A stretch of 63,419 nt of DNA, counting the filler, from Octopus bimaculoides (Eukaryota): the NCBI RefSeq assembly GCF_001194135.2. It is 5 parts of 4 records of this genome, joined end to end, with 100 filler letters (N's around TTAATTAATTAA, not from the genome) between each part and the next. Parts side by side here need not be neighbours in the genome. Positions count along the whole stretch, not along the records: positions 38,921 to 51,004 come from NC_068983.1; positions 51,105 to 63,419 come from NC_068983.1; 3 more parts are not named here. One strand, 5' to 3'. The stretch's first letter is position 1. Every line of letters starts with the position of its first letter. The notes beneath the pieces were generated by a model that was not told the origin of the DNA, searched no databases, and saw only the letters and a list, made by a program, of their open reading frames with translations. The position numbers and the translations under genes are program-made. This document shows, in pieces, positions 49,705-62,088 of this stretch.

Positions 49705-50087
49705 GTAAGTGGTGTTTTGAAACAGCTTTATTATATGTAGCAAATCACATTTTTCTGTGAGCAAGAAAACTTTTATTGACATCTTGGTGCATAAACAAAT
49801 CTCACTCAGGTTAGCTTCAACACAACAAACTGCGGAAACAAGGCAAGGATTTGTTAAGTGCATGTATAAGACAAAAGTGTCAAACTGAGAAATGTTTTCG
49901 CGTTAATAAAAATATACTGTGCAGTTTAAAATGTCATTAAAGTTCAAACTACTGCAATAAATAAAGATTAAATTGATGCAAAGTTCATAAAAATGTTTTT
50001 ATTTAGTTTAAATTTCAGTACCAGCTGACCACTGAAATTTTCGCATTTCTCTTGTATTGCATGTTGTTTAATACAGTGATTTAACAT

Positions 50088-50278
50088 TTTCGCACAAGGC
50101 CAGCAATTTCCGGGGATGGGTAAGTTGATTACTCCGACTTCAGTGCTGTACTGGTACTTCTTTTATTGACCACGAAAGGATGAAAGGTAAATTCGACTGC
50201 GCCGAAATTTGAACTCAGAACGTAAAGACGGATGAAATGCCGCTAAGCATTTTGCCTGGCGTGCTAACGATTCTGCCA
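50088..50278 (-). mobile_element. SINE family S2 copy
   Basis: cacaaggccagcaatttcc...gaaatttgaactcagaacgtaaagacgg...gctaacgattctgcc. Confidence 0.8.
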
Positions 50279-50514
50279 CAAAGCATACAGTCACTTCCAT
50301 ATTGCCTGAATTAGCAATTCGGCAAAACAGATAGAAAGAGTAACAACTATAAAAAGAGAAACTGGGATCAGTTTGTTCGATTAAACTTTTATAAGCAGTA
50401 TCCCAACTTGACCGCTCTCCAATAACTGAGACAAGTAAATGAACACAAGTGCATACATGCATTAAAGTTAATATACATCTTACCGCTGCTATCGCGAAGT
50501 TTTCTATAGGCTCA

Positions 50515-50662
50515 GCTGTCGCTGTGTGGCAAGAAGTTTTCTTTCCAAGCATATAGTTTCGGGTTCAGTCCCACTATGTGGCAACTTGACTAAATATTTT
50601 CTACGATGAACTCAGCCCTCGTGAGTGGATTTGATGGACGGAAGTTAAAAGAAGCCTGTTGT
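50515..50662 (+). mobile_element. SINE family S1 5' fragment (other S1 fragments at about 1800-1935, 4048-4190, 5233-5345 and 38482-38552)
   Basis: gctgtgtggcaagaag...gggttcagtccc...gtgagtggatttg. Confidence 0.65.
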
Positions 50663-51004
50663 ATTTCTATATATATATATATATATCTATACTATATATA
50701 AAACAGAGATGTGTGTGTAATCGCTTATCACGTGAAAATGGCTTCACTATTTTCTTCCATACTTGTGATGCAGGAATAATTTGACCTCGGATAAATCTTA
50801 GGCTCTTCATTTGATTTTTTTAATTAAGATAAATAATATTGCTTTATATTTAAGATTCACTTCTTTAAAAATGTTCCTCAATGTCAACTTCCGGTAGCCA
50901 TAGTTTTTTCTTCACTTTAACTTCAATCGTTACTGTTCGCACTAAAAGTTTACTCACATTTACTGATGTAAGTAATTTCATCATTTACTAACAGAAGTAC
51001 GGTT

Positions 51005-51104
51005 NNNNNNNNNNNNNNNNNNNNNNNNNNNNNNNNNNNNNNNNNNNNTTAATTAATTAANNNNNNNNNNNNNNNNNNNNNNNNNNNNNNNNNNNNNNNN
51101 NNNN
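51005..51104. other. Artificial scaffold join with TTAATTAATTAA linker
   Basis: 44 N + linker (51049-51060) + 44 N. Confidence 0.95.
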
Positions 51105-51136
<32 letters not shown>

Positions 51137-51503
51137 ACATCCGGTCGTATTTTATCTATATATGATACATAATAAACAAATATTGACCAATAGTTACTAC
51201 ATTAAATACATCCACCTACAAACGCGCGCGCGAACACACACACACAAATTGCATAACTATGTAGTGTACATGATTATATGACTATAGATATGCAGAGGAT
51301 ATCCACAACGCACATCCGAGAATATCCATTGTTTTAAGATAATATAGTAGATATAAAACGAAAGAAAAGAAACAAACAAAAGTTTGCTGCTGAGTTTCTA
51401 TTGAAAACTCTGCCGATTAAGGGAACAAATACTCCATATTTAATGGCGGCTCCCGCATTTCTTCGTATCTTCTTATGTTAGAGATTGCTGGCACGATCCA
51501 GCA

Positions 51504-51643
51504 TTATAACAAACAACATGATTTATTTTTCATATATTTAGATGCTATTTTGTTTTGTTCGTTTGCTAGTAGCTGTTGTTTTCCGGCTACTGGTATCAGG
51601 TGACAGTAGCCATCTATATTAACTCCACTAACAACAACGAATG
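51504..51643 (-). CDS. Candidate terminal coding exon ending KNKSCCLL* (CaaX-like), product unknown
   Basis: Acceptor tttatttctaaatttag is followed by a single open frame of 45 codons to TAA. No homolog was recognised. Confidence 0.2.
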
Positions 51644-52984
51644 CTAAATTTAGAAATAAACATAAACAAAGGCACGCAAAATGGAGCAAAACTAAAACCA
51701 ATGAAAATAAAACCCGGCAACAAAATGATGCACAGATGATAGGAACATGTGACTAAACAGAAACTAAAAAGAAACAAAAATAAAATCCCTGAAATTTTAT
51801 GCAGGTATTAACATCCTTTAGGACTATGTTTATGGAAATTTGTTGTTTGCTAACGAATCTACGAATCTTAACAATCAAGTATTAAACAAGCTTAAGAANN
51901 NNNNNNNNNNNNNNNNNNNNNNNNNNNNNNNNNNNNNNNNNNNNNNNNNNNNNNNNNNNNNNNNNNNNNNNNNNNNNNNNNNNNNNNNNNNNNNNNNNNN
52001 NNNNNNNNNNNNNNNNNNNNNNNNNNNNNNNNNNNNNNNNNNNNNNNNNNNNNNNNNNNNNNNNNNNNNNNNNNNNNNNNNNNNNNNNNNNNNNNNNNNN
52101 NNNNNNNNNNNNNNNNNNNNNNNNNNNNNNNNNNNNNNNNNNNNNNNNNNNNNNNNNNNNNNNNNNNNNNNNNNNNNNNNNNNNNNNNNNNNNNNNNNNN
52201 NNNNNNNNNNNNNNNNNNNNNNNNNNNNNNNNNNNNNNNNNNNNNNNNNNNNNNNNNNNNNNNNNNNNNNNNNNNNNNNNNNNNNNNNNNNNNNNNNNNN
52301 NNNNNNNNNNNNNNNNNNNNNNNNNNNNNNNNNNNNNNNNNNNNNNNNNNNNNNNNNNNNNNNNNNNNNNNNNNNNNNNNNNNNNNNNNNNNNNNNNNNN
52401 NNNNNNNNNNNNNNNNNNNNNNNNNNNNNNNNNNNNNNNNNNNNNNNNNNNNNNNNNNNNNNNNNNNNNNNNNNNNNNNNNNNNNNTATATGCATGCATA
52501 AACACACACACACACACACCCAAGCATCGAAGGATTTTGTAAAGGAGAGACTAAATATAAGGAAATGAAATGGTGTTAATACAAATGATAGATGTTTAGG
52601 GATTAGCCAGCTTTGATCTAATGATCCGTTTGTTTTACTCGTTTAACCAGAGCAGCATCCTAACAAGCTAGCGTGTGTGTATATAAGAAAGTAAACAAGA
52701 AAGAGATGGAATTATATTCTACGCTAAAGAATCAATGGAATTATTTAAAGAATTAAAGAGACGTAATAGAAGGTTTTGCTTTTTGCATAGAATGTATCTT
52801 AAGGAGAAATCTAATTATGTTATGAGCCACTAATGTTTAAATAAGATGTTACGAGAGCACATGGTTTGGAGACTAATAGAATATACTCTTTGAATAAAGA
52901 TGTATAGGATTTCAATTTGTGCGGAAATTCTATGTGCTTTGTTTTTCTAAGTGCGTGACCTTAATTTGTCGGGGATATCGAAAT

Positions 52985-53100
52985 GCAGCTGGAGTGGCCG
53001 TGTGGTAAGTGTTCAGCCACATGCGCAGTAATTTCAGGAGCAAGCTGTTCCGTTGATCGGATCAGCTGGAACCCTCGTCGTCGTAAACGACGGAGTGCCT
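52985..53100 (+). mobile_element. SINE-like fragment homologous to 21438-21525
   Basis: gtggccgtgtggtaag joined to the shared 3' block ending cgacggagtgcc. Confidence 0.6.
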
Positions 53101-53619
53101 CGTAGGCCGAGCCTTACTCTTCAGGCGTCTAGAGAGACTAGTATTATATAAGACAAATTCAACATGACTTCAAGATGTTAAGTCTCTATTGGTCAACTCA
53201 GGTGTTGTGGTATTATTGGTCTGGAAGAGGTATCAATTATTTTCTTTGTTCTTAGGTCCACGTAGTCGGACAGAATGTTGGTAGGTAACTGTCTGGAAGC
53301 TGTGGTATGGTTTATTTAGCAATAACTGGAGTTTGCCAATGGCAGAGAGGAGTGTTGTGGCGGGTTTGTGCAGAACTTGCGGCAACAGGTTTAGGGAATA
53401 ATCGGATCTGGAGGCGCTAGGTTGGTTTTACAGTATAAATGGGGTTCTAGTCGATAACGAGGGTGGGGACAGTATTCAGCACGGAGACCTTGTGCTTGGG
53501 GCAGCGAGGCATGAAATATCTCAACAGAGACGTCAGTCCGAGGAATGTTGGAGGTATTCAGTAAAATCTATTTTTGAGAGATGTCTGGATGATTAACACA
53601 AGTGTCGGACAGTTTAGAA

Positions 53620-54090
53620 GCTTCATGAAGTGATCCCACCATCTCTTCAAATATTCTCGCTGGTTTGTAAGACTTTCTGTCTTTGTCTTCGGCTGAAAGT
53701 CTTCCTGAAAGTCTTCCTGAAAGTCTTATGATGTCGAATTCTTTCAGATTTCTCTGGGCTGCCGCTTCTTCAATCTCTCGAGCAAGTCTCTCAGTTTACT
53801 TTCCTTTGTCCCACTTTGCACTATCTTTCACAGCCTGGTTGATTCTCACTGTTTCTCTTCTTTGCTTAGCATTGTTCTGCAATTGTTGAGTTCAGTTTTT
53901 TTGCAGTGGACTACCTTCTTAGATTCTCTTTTGAGATTTAATCCTTGTGTTGTTGGATTTTCTTCTCTAAAATTTCCCCACCGGCATCCTTTCATGTTGT
54001 TTCGATTTCCAACCATGCCTTCCTCAACTGATGCATCTCCTTCATTGAGACTGCTGATGGCTAGGAATCTGTTGGTGATATTCACTGTAT
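53620..54090 (-). mobile_element. RTE-like LINE fragment (endonuclease-RT linker region)
   Basis: ITNRFLAI...; VRINQAVKDSAKWDK...ERLAREIEEAAAQRNLKE. A 12-bp tandem duplication lies near 53700. Confidence 0.55.
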
Positions 54091-54139
54091 ATCTGGCTTT
54101 GGTGCGTTCGCTTGTCAGTGTAGTATTGTAGCTGGTTTT

Positions 54140-54831
54140 GGCAGCTGTTGTACTCTGACACCGTTACCACCGTGGCTTTCACTCTTCTCTTTCGCTTGTT
54201 GTGTTCATCTTGAAAAGTGGTATAGCCCAAGGCACGGTTCCAGGACCATTATTATTTATCATCAGCCTATCAGGTAGAAGCTTACAAGTGCATTCAGTCA
54301 ACCTGCCGAGTTATGCTGACGACAATAATATTTATGGCTCTCTAAACTCCAGAAGGTGTTATGAGATTCTAAAATGAGCTAAACCTCTTTTATCAATGGG
54401 CAGACAAAAACAATATGACGTTTTATGCATCAACATTTCAGATTCTTCACTACGGAAGGAATATATACAAATCACATTATTTGACACTAGATGACACAAT
54501 GATTCAGAGCGCTAATAATATACGGGACTTAGGAGTAATCATATCAAATGATGCATCTTTCATCTTTCACCACCAAACTAACCTCTAAATGTAGACATCT
54601 CATAGGATGGCTTCGACGAACGTTCGTGACAAAATAACCGGTTGTTATGATGATTCTATGGAAAACCTTAGTTCTGAGAGGATTAGATAACTGCTCACAG
54701 CTTTGTTTTCTTAATTCAGCCGGTCTCATAGAGGAAATCGAAGGGTTACGAAGAACGTTTACCTTCGATTAAAAGCCTCAATTACTGAGAACATCTGAAA
54801 GCTCTGCGTTTCTACTCTCACAGACGCTGTA

Positions 54832-54866
<35 letters not shown>

Positions 54867-55260
54867 AGAGAGAGGTTATCATATACGTATGGAAAATATT
54901 GGAAGTCGCATGTTTCAAACTTCGCCGTTAGAGAGCATTTTAATACACGAACCGGAAGATACTGTCAGCTTCCAGATATACCACTTTCGAAATCACGAGC
55001 AAATCACTGTGTTGTGCCAGTTCGATATTCAGAGGTCCTCATTTATTAAACCACCTACGTAAGAAATGAGAAATTAAAAAAAACATTGCATAAACTTCTG
55101 ATGACGATACGGGACCAGCCAACCATTCAAGGATACACTCAGGGAAGATCAGATGCTACAAACTCAATCAGAGACCAACTTCCAGCCATAAAGCGACAAC
55201 AAAACTCGTAGAAAATAAATGAAAGCAGTGCTCTAGCTTGGCCGCAGTTCTGCGACTGAA
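54140..55260 (+). mobile_element. CR1/L2-like LINE RT C-terminal half and 3' end, decayed
   Basis: SGIAQGTVPGPLLFII; YADD at about 54311; FYQWADKNNM; IRDLGVII; ILWKTLVL..LDNCSQL; YVWKILE; DQPTIQGY. Interrupted by a (GA)n tract at about 54832-54873. Confidence 0.75.
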
Positions 55261-55689
55261 GCCGTTTAGAGAATAAAAGAATGTCCACTTTTTCATCTCT
55301 TTATATCGATATTCAAACACCGAACACGAGAACACACTAGAATGACATCACAGAAATCTCTCGGCAGTAAATAATTTTCAAATTATAATTTTACATTATG
55401 TAACAAATATTTAATTACAGCACTCATGTACAATATGGGTCCCATCATAGTATAATTAAAATTTCGTTGCTCATTTATTAATTATTAATAAGAACTAGTA
55501 TTAGGTGATGCTTCATTTTGTAAAATATTTTATTGCCAATATAAAAAATATTTTACTGCTCTTCAATGAAGCACGTTTTTTTAATTAATCGGATGTAATT
55601 AAAATCTATTTTTTTGTGTTGCTGTTATGTTGTTCTTCAATTATATTTGCGTTGATGTGATTTCTTTTGTTGTTTCTTTTTTGTGTTGT

Positions 55690-56170
55690 ATGGTCGGCAT
55701 TTGGAGCCACAAAAATGTCCCTACTAAGTTAAAAACAGGGCCAATGCAAGGGCTCATTTGGCCAATAAGCATTTATGGTTGCGATGCATGGACTCTGAAC
55801 AAATGTGAAGAGAAGACCATCAATGCGTTTGAAATGTGGGTTCATAGAAGAATGAAGCTAGTAGTCTCTTACAAGGACCATCGGACAAATGAACGGGTGT
55901 TACAACAAGCAGGCGAAAGACAACTCTTGAACATTGTGAAAAAACAAAAGCTCGTCTATTATGGCCATTTTCGAAGAAGCAGAGGTTTGGAAAACATTAA
56001 CATGAAAGGAAGGGTAAAGGGTAGTACATGAAGAGGTTGGCAAAGAACGCAATGGATGGGTAATATGAAGAGCTGTTTGGGCAAGAGTGACAAGGCCGCC
56101 GGAGAAATCTTGCTCAATTGGGAAGACTTTTGTTTTAGTATCATCAAAGAGTTGCAGGCGTACGATGCAT
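55690..56170 (+). mobile_element. RTE/BovB-like LINE 3' fragment
   Basis: IWPISIYGCDAWTL...INAFEMWVHRRM...SYKDHRTNERVL...KLVYYGHFRR...MKGRVKG; tail (GAC/GAT)n. Confidence 0.8.
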
Positions 56171-56246
56171 GACGATGACGATGACGATATGTATGTATGT
56201 ATGTATATTATGTATGTGTGTATGTATGTATGTATGTGTGTTTGTA

Positions 56247-56283
<37 letters not shown>

Positions 56284-56999
56284 ATGTATGTATGTATATA
56301 CGTACGTACGTACGTACATAATACAAACATACATACATACGTATATATATATNNNNNNNNNNNNNNNNNNNNNNNNNNNNNNNNNNNNNNNNNNNNNNNN
56401 NNNNNNNNNNNNNNNNNNNNNNNNNNNNNNNNNNNNNNNNNNNNNNNNNNNNNNNNNNNNNNNNNNNNNNNNNNNNNNNNNNNNNNNNNNNNNNNNNNNN
56501 NNNNNNNNNNNNNNNNNNNNNNNNNNNNNNNNNNNNNNNNNNNNNNNNNNNNNNNNNNNNNNNNNNNNNNNNNNNNNNNNNNNNNNNNNNNNNNNNNNNN
56601 NNNNNNNNNNNNNNNNNNNNNNNNNNNNNNNNNNNNNNNNNNNNNNNNNNNNNNNNNNNNNNNNNNNNNNNNNNNNNNNNNNNNNNNNNNNNNNNNNNNN
56701 NNNNNNNNNNNNNNNNNNNNNNNNNNNNNNNNNNNNNNNNNNNNNNNNNNNNNNNNNNNNNNNNNNNNNNNNNNNNNNNNNNNNGGAAGGAAGTGTAGAG
56801 GGCAGTGGATCGAGTGGCAGGGAATGGATATGGACAATGTCTTGAATTTATTGGACAAGAGTGACAAAGGAAGACGGGGAACTTCCGCTTAATCACTAAA
56901 AACGACGAAAGGACTCTGGCGAGACTTCTTGATTGTCAAAACAGTTATATAAACAAGAAATCGGTTAATTTCTAAATGGTTAACTAGTTCATTACGGCA

Positions 57000-57260
57000 A
57001 AAGAATTTGACAAGTTCAGAAAATATAAAGATTTGCTCATTGAAATTGAAAAAGAAAAAAAAAATGTGGCATCTGCAGGCCGTTACAATACCAGTAATTG
57101 TTGCAGCACTTTAAATAATAATAATAAAAAAACTAACTGAAGGTAATTTGAGAAAGATCTCCGGTTTATCATCCCTGCATGAGGTCAAAAGAATGTTTTT
57201 AATTGGTATGTTACACATATTGAGGAGTGCATTTTTGCTGTGAGAACGATTACCACCCAT
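57000..57260 (+). mobile_element. REL-endonuclease LINE 3' fragment
   Basis: EFDKFRKYKDLLIEIEK...MWHLQAVTIPVIVAAL. Confidence 0.6.
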
Positions 57261-57479
57261 GTAAGTAATTTTTTTCATAATTTTATTGGATTTTGTAAAT
57301 GAATAATCTGGCGTGTTTATTTTAATGGCCTATCAATATCTGCAGTGAGTTTTTTTGCCTTAGGTGTTGGGAAAATACTCGGCAAGAAATGGAAACGAAA
57401 TTGAAGGAAGAATAAAAACTAAACAACAACAACAACGATAATAATAATAATAGACAACCAAACATAAAAATAATAAATA

Positions 57480-57878
57480 AGGAAAAGCGAAGTTGTTCAC
57501 TAATTGATCCATCATGTCCGCTTGATTCTAGGATTGTAAAGAAAGAGGATGAAAAAATATTACAATCCCTTAAAATCTGAAATGGCAAGAGTTTGGAAAA
57601 CGGTAAAGGTTTTGCCTGTAATAATTGGTGCATTGGGAACTTTAAGTAAAGATATAAACAAATGGTTGAAGGAGATTGAAAAAGAATATCCTGTGGAGGT
57701 TTAGTTGAAAGTTGTGCCTCTTAGAGACTAGAAAGATTATCAGGAGGGTTCTAAGCAATCGAAAGACTAGTGAAAGCAAGTGGATACTTAAGGTAACAGG
57801 TAGTAACCCCCGCTACCCACATAAATTCTACCAAGAATAAGAACGAACCTGAGTTAAATCACCATTAATAATAATACT
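57480..57878 (+). mobile_element. REL-endonuclease LINE 3' fragment with an (AAT)n tail
   Basis: CSLIDPSCPLDSRIVKKEDEK...LKSEMARVWKTVKVLPVIIGALGT. Confidence 0.7.
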
Positions 57879-57879
57879 A

Positions 57880-58040
57880 ATGGTTTCAAATTTTGGCACA
57901 AGGTCAGAAATTTTAGGGGAGCGCTAAGACGATTACATCGACCGCAATACTTAACTGGTACTTATTTTATCGACCCCGAAAGGATGAAAGGCAAAGTCAA
58001 CCTCGGTGGCATTTGATCTGAGAAGGTAAAGACGGCCGAA
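57880..58040 (-). mobile_element. SINE family S2 copy between two (AAT)n tracts
   Basis: ttttggcacaagg...actggtacttattttatcgaccccgaaaggatgaaaggcaaagtc. Confidence 0.8.
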
Positions 58041-58080
58041 TCAATAATAATAATAATAATAGTAATAATAATAATAATGT

Positions 58081-58210
58081 GATCCAGAAGACAGCATTGT
58101 TGGGTACAGCTCGCATTCTAAGGAGTGTATCATCTGTTTGAGTCACAGGAGAAGGCACTACTTGAAACCTTTAGTTATTTGTTATTGCCTGCTTTCAAAT
58201 AAAGAATAAC
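58081..58210 (+). mobile_element. Extreme 3' end of a REL-endonuclease LINE
   Basis: IQKTALLGTARILRSV, followed by a UTR-like segment. Confidence 0.6.
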
Positions 58211-58479
58211 TGGTAATTAATACCACTTAGGGAGGTACCATCCACTCTTGCCATTTTCGCAACTTTCACCCAACCTTCATGATAATAATAAAGTTGGTAC
58301 AGCGAGAGAACCAAAGACGACACGATGGTGTTGCCAGATGTAACTACTGGATAGTATCTGGGAACTGTGGGTTAGTCAGAACAGCTAAATGGTATGAGCA
58401 GGAAGCATAATGACCCTCCCCAGATACAACGACAATAACGCAAACATACGCGCGCGCGCACACGTATACATATATGTAA

Positions 58480-58716
58480 ATATTTATTTCTTTATTGCCC
58501 ACAGGGGCTAAACACAGAGGGGATAAACAAAGACAGACAAAGGGATTAAGTCAATTACATCGACGCCAGTACGTAACTGGTACTTATTTAATCGACCCCG
58601 AAAGGATTAAATGCAAAGTTGACCTCGGCCGAATTTGAACTCAAAACGTAACGGCAGACGAAAAACCGCTAAGCATTTCGCCCGGTGTGCTAACGATTCT
58701 ACCAGCTCACCGCCTT
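58480..58716 (-). mobile_element. SINE family S2 copy
   Basis: aactggtacttatttaatcgaccccgaaagg...gaatttgaactc...accagctcaccgcctt. Confidence 0.8.
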
Positions 58717-58874
58717 GCATATATATAAATATTAACAAAAAGAATGGAGTAACCAACTCGTATTATTGCGCATACTCATTCATACACACTCTGATAAATA
58801 TTCATATAGAGATATTAATATTTCATAGATACACATACATTCATAATACATATCCATATATGCGTATATAAATG

Positions 58875-58930
<56 letters not shown>

Positions 58931-59567
58931 NNNNNNNNNNNNNNNNNNNNNNNNNNNNNNNNNNNNNNNNNNNNNNNNNNNNNNNNNNNNNNNNNNNNNN
59001 NNNNNNNNNNNNNNNNNNNNNNNNNNNNNNNNNNNNNNNNNNNNNNNNNNNNNNNNNNNNNNNNNNNNNNNNNNNNNNNNNNNNNNNNNNNNNNNNNNNN
59101 NNNNNNNNNNNNNNNNNNNNNNNNNNNNNNNNNNNNNNNNNNNNNNNNNNNNNNNNNNNNNNNNNNNNNNNNNNNNNNNNNNNNNNNNNNNNNNNNNNNN
59201 NNNNNNNNNNNNNNNNNNNNNNNNNNNNNNNNNNNNNNNNNNNNNNNNNNNNNNNNNNNNNNNNNNNNNNNNNNNNNNNNNNNNNNNNNNNNNNNNNNNN
59301 NNNNNNNNNNNNNNNNNNNNNNNNNNNNNNNNNNNNNNNNNNNNNNNNNNNNNNNNNNNNNNNNNNNNNNNNNNNNNNNNNNNNNNNNNNNNNNNNNNNN
59401 NNNNNNNNNNNNNNNNNNNNNNNNNNNNNNNNNNNNNNNNNNNNNNNNNNNNNNNNNNNNNNNNNNNNNNNNNNNNNNNNNNNNNNNNNNNNNNNNNNNN
59501 NNNNNNNNNNNNNNNNNNNNNNNNNNNNNNNNNNNNNNNNNNNNNNNNNNNNNNNNNNNNNNNNNNG

Positions 59568-60152
59568 GTGTTTGGAGTGATCACTAGTGATAGCGACTGT
59601 ATGTCTCCATTCATCTCTCCACACGGCCTCACACTCAACACGGAGCTTTACACCAAGTGCCTGGAGGAGGTAGTGCTGCTCTGGATCAAGAGGGCGGCTG
59701 CTGGCAGAACCTGTGTTTGGTAACAGGACTCTGCACCCATACCACACAAGTAGGAGAACCCAGTCATGGCTGTCAGATAATTTCTGCCACCACAAAACCC
59801 CTAACATCTGGCCACCTAACTCCCAAGACTGCAACCCCCTTGGTTATTATGTTTGAGGCACAGTTGAGTTAGAGACCAACAAAACTCCTTGTAACACCAA
59901 AGATGAACTGAAGGTAAGGATTATGGCAGCAGTCACCAATTCAAACAGGGAGACCGTCCAGAGGAGTTGCAGGAGGTTCCGAAGTCGTCTGGAGGCAGTG
60001 GTTGAAGCCAATGGCGATTTTATTGAATAAATTTGCTCTTTAGTATTTCAAGATTTTTTTAATGTAATTTTGGTAAATATATCTGTGAATATGAGATGTG
60101 AATGTTATTTTCATTCTTGCGTAATTTAGACGACAATTTACTCACCGCACCC
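59568..60152 (+). mobile_element. 3' half of a maT/DD37D-like transposon with its right TIR and TA
   Basis: QDSAP...WPPNSQDCNPL(G) gives a spacing of 37 after correcting a +1 frameshift; NTKDELK...RFRSRLEAVVEANGDFIE*; ends caccgcaccctg|TA. Same family type as 38945-40182. Confidence 0.8.
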
Positions 60153-60462
60153 TGTATATATGCATACACACACACGCATGTGTAGTGAACTCTAAACACA
60201 CGAATACACATGCGCCAACAAACACGCACCCACTCATACACACACACACACACACACACACCGCTCTTTCTCACACACTCACCTGTCACATATTTATGAA
60301 GAAGACTTACATTTTCCATTTCAATCAGGACAATCATTTTCTCTCGCCTGAAGGGGATCACGTTCTACGCTATCATCATATGACATTCCATTAACACCAG
60401 CTCTTGTAAATTTTAGAGATCTACTATGAAATAGAGCATTTAACCAGTCTTACTGGAGAGGA

Positions 60463-60549
<87 letters not shown>

Positions 60550-60650
60550 CACACACACACACACACACACACGTGCATATATATTCCTTTTAAAACTGAT
60601 CTTAGTTCCATTCATTGTTGTGACTCTATGTCCGCCTGTCTCTCCGTCCG

Positions 60651-60703
<53 letters not shown>

Positions 60704-61364
60704 TTATCTACCTACCTGTTTGCATGTCTGTCTGTCTACCTATCTATAAACATACACACATATATTATATATAATATAGTGTATACATACATACGTATAT
60801 ATATATATTCATACACACACACACGCACACACAGCTGTTCAGTTCCAAGGCATCTCCGATCGAGCAGATAAATGCTTAAAAACATTCCACTCTCGTTCAT
60901 CTTGTCTTTTCCAAACACGTACTGCACCGTGAACTAAACTATGCAATATGGTGTTTTGGATGTGGTCTGAGGGAGATATTAATTGCTATTTCTAGCAAGG
61001 AAGGAGACCATCTATAGACGTCTATAACTACTCAACCTTGCACTGAAAAACAGCACCACCGACAATTCCCTTACACATGTTGTTTGATATCCATTGGTCA
61101 AAGAGGATGTGACGTCAGATGATGCAAGGCAGAGATACCGTTGGTATTATAGGTTGACGAGAGAAGCTCTTGAGTGGTCACTCCTTGTGCTAGAAATAAC
61201 AGACATATCGCTTTTAAATCAAACTCTTGTAAATAAGACACGTTGGATAAATGTCGTTTTGCAATCACGGCATATTAAAGGAAAAAAAAACGAGAAATAA
61301 GATGAGATAGTCAAGGTTGGACTGTATCAGGGTTGAACTGGGACAAAGCATCACCAGCACCACA

Positions 61365-61700
61365 TACACTGAAAACCTCACCGAAGAGCTTTGAGATCAA
61401 TCCCAACATCTAGGAAACGCAAGCACAAGACCGACCTACCTGGCGAAGCTGCACCAGCGGAGGTGTCACCTCCTACAAACAAAACAGGATTGCAGGGGCA
61501 CAAAGAAAACAGCAACTACGCAAGCCCAGAGCCATCTTCTCGCTTTCAGTCTCAGCAAACGACCGGCGCCCGATCTGCGGCAGAATCTTCCGAGCACACA
61601 GCGAACTGATTGGCTACAGTTGGACTCACTGTGACCCGTCTTCTTCTCCCATGTGATGTCCATAGTCATCGTCGACAACGACGGACGTACTAATAACATC
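61365..61700 (+). mobile_element. RTE-1-like LINE 3' end
   Basis: TLKTSPKSFEINP..ETQAQDRPTWRSCTSGGVTSY.Q.RIA.AQRKQQLRK...PICGRIFRA; tail cgacaacgacggacg. Confidence 0.7.
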
Positions 61701-61862
61701 TAGCCCCAATGACCGATTTGACAGGTCAAAGGTGGATCTCTCTGCTTCATTTTCTTTTTATAATTTGCGATTCCATTACATGGAGGTTTCCTCTTGTTGT
61801 TACTTCGACTTTTGTTAAAACTACAGTTTTATAGAACACTGAGGTGTGTTACTCTAAAGATA

Positions 61863-62088
61863 CAGTGGGACCTCTTTTTACGAACTATTTTTCACATAGG
61901 AAATTCAAGAGGAAGCATAACAAGTTCGAGCAAGAATGTGTGCATTGAGTGAATGCTAAACAACAATTGATGCCCTTTCTCCGATATTCCTAGCTTGTCG
62001 CCAACCGTTGTTGCTAGCTTGTGTGTTCGTTACTCGAGACACCTTTTTGTTTGTGACGAGAGGCTTTCGTTAAACCGAGGTTCCGCTG
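61863..62088. mobile_element. Tigger/pogo-type MITE with TA target-site duplication
   Basis: TA|cagtgggacctctttttacgaa ... ttcgttaaaccgaggttccgctg|TA, with imperfect ~22-bp TIRs. Confidence 0.7.

Noticed and set aside
60311-60347. Minus-strand 37-nt micro-exon candidate (REKMIVLIEMEN) with a GTAAGT donor
   Set aside because: It is too short to distinguish from chance in AT-rich DNA.
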